Assembly: GCA_963830845.1 (NCBI GenBank)
Contig: CAWHOR010000053.1
Location: 4,108 to 68,107 of the forward strand
DNA length: 64,000 nt
Direction: 5' to 3'
Origin: an uncultured Bacteroidota bacterium
GTDB lineage: Bacteria; Bacteroidota; Bacteroidia; Chitinophagales; Chitinophagaceae
Shown here: positions 53,411 to 61,556 of the stretch, piece after piece
How the letters are laid out: every line of letters starts with the position of its first letter
Position numbering within the stretch: position 1 is the first letter of the stretch
Program-made: the position numbers and the translations under genes
Notes under the pieces: model-generated
What the model saw: only the letters and a program-made list of their open reading frames with translations
Database searches by the model: none
Told to the model about the DNA's origin: nothing

Positions 53411-53990
53411 TTATCTCTCTGCTGCCTGTAATGCATCAAGTATCTGCTGCGTATGAATTTTTGTAAGCACTCTTGTTATAACAGCCGCAATGATCCCTTT
53501 CTCGTTAATCACAAATGTGGTACGAACCAACCCGTCATATATTTTACCCATGAATTGCTTCTTACCCCACACATCGTAAGCATTGATTACTGCATGATCT
53601 TCGTCGGCAATTAAGCGGAAGGGAAGATTATTTTTTGCTTCAAAGCGTTTATGTTTTTCAACCCCATCTTCGCTAACACCAATAATTTCGTATCCGAGTT
53701 TTTTCAGTTCAGAAAAATTATCACGCAGATTACAGGCCTGCACCGTGCAGCTTGCCGTAAGATCTTGTGGATAGAAATACAGTATTATTTTTTTGCCTTT
53801 GTAATCAGCTGATGATATTTTCTTTCCATCCTGATCAATGCCTTTAAAAGCAGGTGCTTTATCGCCCAGCTTTTAATCTGGTCACATAGTTTTTAAAAGG
53901 TTCTTTTTTGATTGCCTTACCTGCCGATGATTTTGAAGCAGCTTTTTTTACTGTCGGTTTCTTTGCTGCTGCTTTCTTTTTTGTTGCCAT
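53411..53990 (-). CDS. bcp: Thioredoxin-dependent thiol peroxidase Bcp/PrxQ (frameshift near 53866)
   Basis: Removing one G gives LKAGDKAPAFKG...LYFYPQDLTASCTVQAC...RTTFVINEKG. Confidence 0.85.
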
Positions 53991-54066
53991 GTTGATATAA
54001 AACGTTTCGGTAGAAACACCAATGTTGTTGATTTGTTCGAACAGAATCAGATGAACATCTGCATTC

Positions 54067-55773
54067 TTATTTTCTTGTAAAGCGAATGATCCGTTCGGTT
54101 GTATTGCCTGCCTCATCTTCTACTGTGATCTTTAATTCATGTTCTCCCGGCGGACAATGTTCATCTACCTTGTATCGATATACCGGGCCAAGTCCGCTAA
54201 ACATCAGCCATTCACCATCCAGTTCTGCACGAAAACTGTAGATCGCTTTTTTATTATCTGCAACAGTACATGTAATTGTTGTTGCATTCCCAACTGTTCC
54301 ACCATCAACCACACCTGCAACTGCAAGTGTTGGCGGCACTTGATCAACTTCCAGCCAAAACTCACCAAAGTCACGTGACTTTGCTTCGTACCATCCCTTT
54401 GCAAATGCTGCACGTTCCACTACCGTTTTTCCTCTGCTGTTGTGGATCATGATTACACGATTACTTGCACTTGCCGGAATTTCTTTATTCGGCTTAATAC
54501 GAAACATCATTGAATCATGCGCTGGTATCAACGGCGTGTGCATCACATGAATATTGGAATAAGCAGTTGCACTTGTTTTGTAGTTGTACACAAAACGGAA
54601 GGCATCATAAAAACTTCTTTCACTACTCACCATTTGCACATCGCCCTGTTCAAAAATATTGATCTGGTTGGGTAGCATATACCTGCTGTCCTTTTGTAAG
54701 TTGGCAGGAGATGATACTGTTGCTGTGCGTTTCAATTTAAAACGAAGCGTTGATGCATTGTTGTTGGCATCTTTTACAACAATTTTTACCTGGCGGGTTG
54801 TTGTATCATTCAAATGGATCAATCCGTCATCTTGTTTGAAATAGATCGGTAAGCGGTCGCTGGGTAAAGGAGACAAATGTTGATAGTAAGAACCACCATT
54901 TGTTTTTATTCGATAATCGATATGTGCATTGAGATAACGTGTTTGCAAATAATCAATGCCATCGATCTGAAATCCACTGACGGGTTCTTCATCAACATAA
55001 ACCACTGCTTCAAAAATTCCATTTGCATTTGGCACACCTGTAACACGATCGGTTGCAACAATCGCAAATGAAACAGCTTCGCTGCTTACTGTAATTGTAC
55101 CGCCTACCACACTATACCCACCGGCTACACGGGTTAACATCATTGTGCGGGGTGTTTGCTCGTATGTACTTTTTGTGCGGTCGTAGACAGCAAGTTTTGT
55201 TATATCGGGAGGCGTAACATCCTGTACACGATGAAAGAGTAAGGCATTCAAACATGCATCATCATCTGTTCTGCGTATTTCATAATGCACATGTGGACCT
55301 GCAGATGCTCCTGTATTTCCACTATATGCCAACAGTTCGTTTTTCTTTACAGGAAATTCACCTTTCACAAATTCCACATCTCCTTTCCAGCTTTGTTTTG
55401 CATACTGTCCTTCCTTCATCGCTTTCAAGACTTTTGTGGGAAACGTATTCATGTGACAGTACAACGTTGTATAACCATTTGGATGACTTACATAAATCGC
55501 ATTGCCAAAACCATTGGGGTCTACTTTTACTTTTGATATCCACCCGTCTGCAGGTGCATACACCGGTAAATTTTCACGGCGAAGTGTAAACAGATCAAGC
55601 CCCATATGAAAATGATTGGGACGCATCTCTCCGAAATTTGCATTCAGCTTTAACGGAATATCTAACGGATACCGAAAATAATTGGTGGGATAGTTTTGCT
55701 CAGGAAAAAGTTGAGCCGTTGCAGTATAGAAAATAAACAACGAAAAATAGAGAAGGGAAAACTGTTTCAACAT
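54067..55773 (-). CDS. M23 family peptidase with C-terminal Ig-like domains
   Basis: NFGEMRPNHFHMGLD, LYCHM, SGNTGASAGPHVHYEIR. Confidence 0.9.
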   Translation of the reverse strand: MLKQFSLLYFSLFIFYTATAQLFPEQNYPTNYFRYPLDIPLKLNANFGEMRPNHFHMGLDLFTLRRENLPVYAPADGWISKVKVDPNGFGNAIYVSHPNGYTTLYCHMNTFPTKVLKAMKEGQYAKQSWKGDVEFVKGEFPVKKNELLAYSGNTGASAGPHVHYEIRRTDDDACLNALLFHRVQDVTPPDITKLAVYDRTKSTYEQTPRTMMLTRVAGGYSVVGGTITVSSEAVSFAIVATDRVTGVPNANGIFEAVVYVDEEPVSGFQIDGIDYLQTRYLNAHIDYRIKTNGGSYYQHLSPLPSDRLPIYFKQDDGLIHLNDTTTRQVKIVVKDANNNASTLRFKLKRTATVSSPANLQKDSRYMLPNQINIFEQGDVQMVSSERSFYDAFRFVYNYKTSATAYSNIHVMHTPLIPAHDSMMFRIKPNKEIPASASNRVIMIHNSRGKTVVERAAFAKGWYEAKSRDFGEFWLEVDQVPPTLAVAGVVDGGTVGNATTITCTVADNKKAIYSFRAELDGEWLMFSGLGPVYRYKVDEHCPPGEHELKITVEDEAGNTTERIIRFTRK

Positions 55774-55969
55774 GCGGCAAAAATAGGAAGATGAATGAAA
55801 GTGTTTGCCCTCAACAGACGATACAGTACTAACAATGGGTTGCTGGTTGTGAATAAGTATATTGAGGCATAAAAAAGATATTACCTAAAAAATAATAGTT
55901 TCATTTTCGAATTAATCTACCCTTAGATTTACTAAATTTTGTAGTTTTACAAATAACTAAACCTAAATA

Positions 55970-56962
55970 ATGTTTAAATCTGTTGAAATATGTGCTGGTG
56001 GTGGTGGTCAGGCCCTTGGCTTAGAAATGGCAGGCTTTGAACATGTTTGTCTGGTTGAAATAGATGAACACGCCTGCCAAACCCTAAAACTCAATAGACC
56101 CCATTGGCATGTTGCACAGGGTGATTTAAAAAAATTTTCCGGAAAGAAATACCAAGGAGTTGATCTGTTAGCTGGTGGGGTTCCTTGCCCTCCTTTTTCT
56201 GTAGCAGGTGAGCAACTTGGCTCGAATGATGAGCGAGATCTTTTTCCAGAAGCTTTACGACTTGTCAAAGAAATTAACCCAAAAGTTGTAATGCTGGAAA
56301 ATGTCCGAGGTTTATTTGATCCCAAGTTTGAAGGCTACAGAAAGAAAATAACAACTAGGCTTAAAAAATTAGGATATGAATCAGACTGGAAACTTGTTCA
56401 AGCTGCTGATTTCGGAGTTCCTCAATTACGTCCCCGAACCATATTGATTGCTACAAGAAAAGATTTACTTATTCCCTTTAACTGGCCTGAAATCAAATTA
56501 AAGTCTCCCACAGTTGGTGAAGCTCTTTTTGACTTAATGATTTGCAATGGCTGGAATGGCGCAATGAGTTGGAAAGAAAATGCCAACTCCATAGCCCCGA
56601 CTCTAGTTGGAGGTTCTAAAAAACATGGCGGTCCTGATTTAGGACCTACACGAGCTAAAAAGGCATGGTCGCTCTTAGGAGTTGACGGAGCTGGTGTAGC
56701 CGACAATGCACCAGATATCAATTTTAATGGCATGCCCCGACTTACTGTTCGAATGACTGCACGTATCCAAGGTTTTCCGGATAGCTGGATGTTTTCAGGT
56801 AAAAAAACAGCATCTTACAGGCAAATAGGTAATGCATTTCCTCCACCTGTTGCTTATAACATTGGCAAAGCCATATTCGAATTTCTCATAGCAAACACTA
56901 AGCATGAAACCAAAAAGCTTATTAGCAAAAGAAAGAGAAGTATTTCACAAGTTGCTGCTTGA
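55970..56962 (+). CDS. DNA (cytosine-5)-methyltransferase, M.NgoMIV/NaeI-like
   Basis: CAGGGG, GGVPCPPFS, ENVRG, PQLRPR, RIQGFP, QIGNAFPP; TRD APTLVGGSKKHGGPDLGPTRA. Confidence 0.93.
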   Translation: MFKSVEICAGGGGQALGLEMAGFEHVCLVEIDEHACQTLKLNRPHWHVAQGDLKKFSGKKYQGVDLLAGGVPCPPFSVAGEQLGSNDERDLFPEALRLVKEINPKVVMLENVRGLFDPKFEGYRKKITTRLKKLGYESDWKLVQAADFGVPQLRPRTILIATRKDLLIPFNWPEIKLKSPTVGEALFDLMICNGWNGAMSWKENANSIAPTLVGGSKKHGGPDLGPTRAKKAWSLLGVDGAGVADNAPDINFNGMPRLTVRMTARIQGFPDSWMFSGKKTASYRQIGNAFPPPVAYNIGKAIFEFLIANTKHETKKLISKRKRSISQVAA

Positions 56963-57764
56963 AAATGTTCTTTTAATTGATAAAAATGGGATTCCAAGCA
57001 ATGCTGACAAAGATCAAAAATCAAGCGTTCAGTTTGCAACGAATATTGCAAAACAACTCTTTGCTAGTATCGGTGAAAGGCAATCTGGACAAAGCTCAGG
57101 AAACCAATTTGAACAGATTGTTGCAGCCTTTCTAAATAACACATTCCCCAAACTATCAAATTTAAGACCTGGCAAATGGTCTATTTATCAAGTAGGTTCA
57201 AGATCAAAAAATAAAATTGCTGAATTTGCTCAATATGAACATTTACGTTTATTAAATGAGCTTTCTAAAAATAATGCACCACTCGCTGCTTCATTAGGAA
57301 ATGATTATTCAATTGCCCCTGACATTGTAATAACAAGAGGAAGAGAATCAGATAGTGAAATTAACATAGAAAGTATTTTAGTCGATAATAACACTGGTAC
57401 GCTGTCAGATTTAAGAACGGGTAATTCAACGAATCAAATTCTACATGCAAGTATATCAACTAAATGGACTCTTCGAAGCGATAGAGCACAAAATGCACGA
57501 TCGGAAGCCTTAAACCTAATCCGCAACAGAAAAGGACGCACCCCACATATCGTTGTTGTTACAGGAGAACCAACCCCTAGTCGACTTTCATCTTTGGCTT
57601 TAGGCACAGGAGATATTGATTGCGTTTATCATTTTGCATTACCTGAGCTAATAGCTGCTGTAGATGAAAGTGGTAATGATGAAGCGCTAAAAATGCTTGA
57701 AATAATGGTACATGGAAAAAGATTGAAGGATATCGCCGACTTACCTTTAGATCTTGCTGTATGA
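56904..57764 (+). CDS. NgoMIV-family type II restriction endonuclease
   Basis: PDIV, LHASISTKWTLRSDRAQNARSEALNLIRNRKGR, GEPTPSRL, GDIDCVYH. Confidence 0.9.
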   Translation: MKPKSLLAKEREVFHKLLLENVLLIDKNGIPSNADKDQKSSVQFATNIAKQLFASIGERQSGQSSGNQFEQIVAAFLNNTFPKLSNLRPGKWSIYQVGSRSKNKIAEFAQYEHLRLLNELSKNNAPLAASLGNDYSIAPDIVITRGRESDSEINIESILVDNNTGTLSDLRTGNSTNQILHASISTKWTLRSDRAQNARSEALNLIRNRKGRTPHIVVVTGEPTPSRLSSLALGTGDIDCVYHFALPELIAAVDESGNDEALKMLEIMVHGKRLKDIADLPLDLAV

Positions 57765-57866
57765 AAAAGAGTTCATTTAGCATGTAACATTATTGGAATC
57801 TACAAGATTGTAAGAACCTCAATATAGAATCATAAAGCAAATTCTTCTAAAAAAGGGTACTTCGCT

Positions 57867-58115
57867 TTATTTCTGCAGATAAAATTGTGTAGTTATCAAC
57901 AAAACAGTAATTACAAAATAAATAAGAAGTGTAAGTGAAAATTTTCTCAGTGTGCCCTCCTTGTAGGCAGCGATCCCTAATACAAATACTCCTGCAACCA
58001 TCGACAATATGATAAGAAATGCAGGGATTTTAACATCAAACAAATTTCGACAGAGCACCAATAAGATTGAAAACCCAAGTATCAATAAGCCTGCTTTTTT
58101 AAACATAAGTAGCAA
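57867..58115 (-). CDS. Small hydrophobic hypothetical protein
   Basis: 82-aa ORF with three hydrophobic segments. Confidence 0.45.
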   Translation of the reverse strand: MLLMFKKAGLLILGFSILLVLCRNLFDVKIPAFLIILSMVAGVFVLGIAAYKEGTLRKFSLTLLIYFVITVLLITTQFYLQK

Positions 58116-58358
58116 TTAGAGTTTTTCATTCAGTTTCGAACACAAAGTTACAGAAAATATTTATTCAAAGAAACTGTGCACCTGTATTCTGCTTTCACAG
58201 CCGACAGAATTGGTATGTACAAGAGTGCGACGCCAATGCAGCCAAACAGCATTACTAACGCCTGTTACCAAAATTGCTCAGTAAAAACTTCAAAAACGTT
58301 CAAAATTTCACGTTCAGATTAGCGCTCAATCCAATACTTTTGCAGCCAAATTCTCCCC

Positions 58359-60006
58359 ATGCCAAAAGATAATTCAATAACCAGTGTGCTGATTGTAGGC
58401 AGCGGCCCCATTGTGATTGGCCAGGCCTGTGAGTTTGATTATTCGGGTTCGCAGGCAGCCCGCAGTTTACGTGAAGAAGGAATTGAAGTGATCCTGATCA
58501 ACAGCAACCCGGCGACCATTATGACCGACCCGATGATGGCCGACCGTGTGTACCTGTTGCCCCTTACCATTGAAAGTATTGAACAGATCCTGGAAGAAAA
58601 TCCGCAGATCAACGCTGTATTGCCTACTATGGGCGGACAAACAGCCCTCAACCTTTGTAAAGAAGCGGATGAGCTGGGCATTTGGGAAAAATTTGGTGTG
58701 GCAATGATCGGGGTGGATGTGAAAGCGATCGATACAGCCGAAGACCGGGAGAAATTCCGCCAGCTGATGATCGATATTGGTGTGGGCGTGGCTCCGAGTC
58801 GAGTTGCCAACTCATTGCTGGAAGGAAAAGAGTTTGCGCAAGAAATCGGTATTCCATTGGTGATCCGTCCGTCGTTTACCCTCGGTGGCAGTGGCGGCAG
58901 TATTGTGTTTCATAAAGATGAGCTGGATGCGGCATTGGAACGTGGATTAACCGCCAGCCCCATGCACGAAGTGTTGGTAGAAAAAGCATTGCTCGGCTGG
59001 AAAGAATTTGAATTGGAACTGCTTCGTGATAAGAATGATAATGTGGTGATCATTTGTACCGTAGAGAATTTTGACCCGATGGGGGTACATACCGGCGACA
59101 GTATTACTGTTGCTCCGGCAATGACCTTGAGCGATACGGCGTTCCAGAATATGCGGAACATGGCGATCAAAATGATGCGTAGCCTCGGCAACTTTGCCGG
59201 TGGTTGCAACGTACAGTTTGCCATGAACCCGGAGAACGAAGAAATTATTTCAGTAGAGATCAATCCACGTGTAAGTCGCTCTTCAGCACTCGGCAAGTAA
59301 AGCAACGGGTTATCCCATTGCAAAAATTGCTGCGAAGCTGGCAATCGGTTATACATTGGATGAACTGAAAAACCAGATCACCCAAACTACTTCTGCTTAC
59401 TTTGAACCAGCGCTTGACTATGTAATTGTTAAGATGCCACGCTGGAATTTCGACAAGTTTAAAGGTGCGGATGATCGTTTAGGCTTACAGATGAAGAGTG
59501 TGGGTGAAGTGATGGCCATCGGCCGCAGCTTTACCGAAGCGGTACAGAAAGCTTGTCAGAGTCTGGAGAACAATGCAGTTGGCTTGGGTTACTATGGCCA
59601 GAGTATGAAACATGCAGAAGAGCTGATCGAATATATTAAGGTGCCGAAATGGGATCGCATCTTCCGCATTAAAGATGCATTGATGGCGGGTGTGAGTGTG
59701 AAAACAATCGTAGAAGCAACCAAGATCGACCGTTGGTTTATTTACCAGATCCAGGATATTGTGAATATGGAAAAGGAGCTAATGAAGCATGATATGAAAT
59801 CGCTTACCAAAGAATTGCTCACCGAAGCAAAACGGATGGGCTTTGGCGATGAACAGATCTGCCGGATCATGAAAGAAGATGCCAGCGAAGATGAGCTCTA
59901 CGAAAAACGCAAGGCCTGGGGTATTACCCGTGTATATAAAATGGTGGACACCTGCAGCGCAGAGTTTGAAGCAAAGACGCCGTATTTCTATAGTACGTTT
60001 GAATAA
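58359..60006 (+). CDS. carB: Carbamoyl-phosphate synthase large subunit, N-terminal half only (frameshift near 59292)
   Basis: [63 protein letters not shown]; stop after YSTFE. Confidence 0.9.
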
Positions 60007-60026
60007 TACTGAACAGTATTCTTATT

Positions 60027-60059
60027 TGAACCCTGGCTTTAGTCAGGGTTCTTTTTTTT
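60027..60059 (+). terminator. Intrinsic terminator after carB half
   Basis: GAACCCTGGC-TTTA-GTCAGGGTTC followed by T8. Confidence 0.85.
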
Positions 60060-60076
60060 ATGGCTTCTTAAAAATA

Positions 60077-60104
60077 AAAATCCCCTCTTGTGGAGGGGAC
60101 TTTT
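60077..60104 (-). terminator. Intrinsic terminator for minus-strand unit
   Basis: AAAATCCCCTC-TTGTG-GAGGGGACTTTT. Confidence 0.7.
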
Positions 60105-60124
60105 CAGCAGTTGGTTTCGGGTCT

Positions 60125-60358
60125 TTATTGTTTAATAAAGCTTTTGGTGGAAAGCCCGTTCTTTCCTTTTATACGGAGTACATACATTCCCGCTTGCAAG
60201 TGAGCTATATTGATCTCAGTATTAAAAGTGATGGTTTGGGTGCGTTGCAGCACCTGACCGGTTATATTGACAAGTTCAATTTGTGATATGCTGCTTGGCT
60301 CTGCAAAATTGATCAGATTTTTTTCGGAGGCCGGGTTGGGGGCTGAAAGTTTCCCGTT
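60125..60358 (-). pseudogene. Orphan T9SS type A C-terminal sorting domain (gene remnant, no start codon)
   Basis: Hand translation: ..APNPASEKNLINFAEPSSISQIELVNITGQVLQRTQTITFNTEINIAHLQAGMYVLRIKGKNGLSTKSFIKQ*. Confidence 0.7.
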
Positions 60359-60362
60359 TGGC

Positions 60363-61556
60363 TTACACTTCTTTTAAAAATGCCTTTTCCTGTAACATCG
60401 TTGCCTTCTCAATAACTTCCGTGTGCGAAATCTGCTTCATACAAATATTATGACCATTGCATGGCGGGCGGTCTGCATGATGAAGGCAGGGTGAGCAGTA
60501 GACGTTTTTATAAATTTCTACATTAAACGGTTGTTGGATTGAAAGGTGTGCCGGATCCGTTGGTCCCCAGAGTGACACGCTTTTTGTATGTTGCGAAAAC
60601 GCCAGATGCAGAGGACCGGAATCATTGCTGATGATCATTTCGGCCTTTTGAAGCAGGAAAACATATCCGTCAAGTGAAAATTGGCCGGCGATATTGTAGA
60701 CCCTGTCAGCAAAAGTCCGTAACTCATCTTTAAAATTATCTGCTACCAGTTTGTTTTCAGAGGAAGAGCCCGAGAGTAAAATTGTGAAACTGGTGTTGTT
60801 AACGAAATGTTCAATAACCAATTTCCAGTTTTCAACACCCCATTTACGTTCGGGCATTAAATCTGATGCATTGCTGTTAATGATGATAAACCGTTCAATA
60901 GTAGCATTGGAAAGAAATTCATTTACATTCTTCTTTTGTTCTTCCCGTACATAAAAAGGGAACACGGTGGAGTAATCAACTTCAGTTACCTCAAGCAATT
61001 TCATAACCTCGGCATACACTTCCCGTATTGATTTTTTGGTATTGAAGTAGATTTGATGTGTATCAATTCCTTTTCGAAAAGCTGTTGACTTTCGATAATA
61101 CCCATAACGGTTTCGTGCAAGACTGAATAGTGAAAGAAACGTTGTGAAATATGAGTACACTTCAAGATTAATAAATGTATCAGCTTTCTTCCTCACCATC
61201 TGAAAAATAACGCCGCATGTAGAAAAAATAAGTCCTGCTAAACTCCGGTCATTGATCAATAAAATATCATCTACATAATCACCCAGCATCTGCATGCATT
61301 GAGCATTTGAACTTGATGTAACAAATGTAACTTTAGCAGAAGGGTACTTCTTTTTAAGGGCTTGCAAAGAAGGAGCAAACTCAACGATACTTCCCATGCC
61401 CACAATTTTGCAAATAATTACCTGTTTGCCATCCAGCGATCTAAAGCCATGATCCCTTCGCAAAACAGCGCCGGCAAGCAACGCAGCAATATTTGAGACG
61501 AAGCCAACAGGTGGGCCAATAAAGCGATCAATAAATAACTTAGTACGATAATTCAT
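60363..61556 (-). CDS. Glycosyltransferase family 9 (heptosyltransferase-like)
   Basis: GMGSIV, ERKW, ISNDSGPLHLA, LWGPT, CSPC...C...CMKQI. Confidence 0.9.
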   Translation of the reverse strand: MNYRTKLFIDRFIGPPVGFVSNIAALLAGAVLRRDHGFRSLDGKQVIICKIVGMGSIVEFAPSLQALKKKYPSAKVTFVTSSSNAQCMQMLGDYVDDILLINDRSLAGLIFSTCGVIFQMVRKKADTFINLEVYSYFTTFLSLFSLARNRYGYYRKSTAFRKGIDTHQIYFNTKKSIREVYAEVMKLLEVTEVDYSTVFPFYVREEQKKNVNEFLSNATIERFIIINSNASDLMPERKWGVENWKLVIEHFVNNTSFTILLSGSSSENKLVADNFKDELRTFADRVYNIAGQFSLDGYVFLLQKAEMIISNDSGPLHLAFSQHTKSVSLWGPTDPAHLSIQQPFNVEIYKNVYCSPCLHHADRPPCNGHNICMKQISHTEVIEKATMLQEKAFLKEV

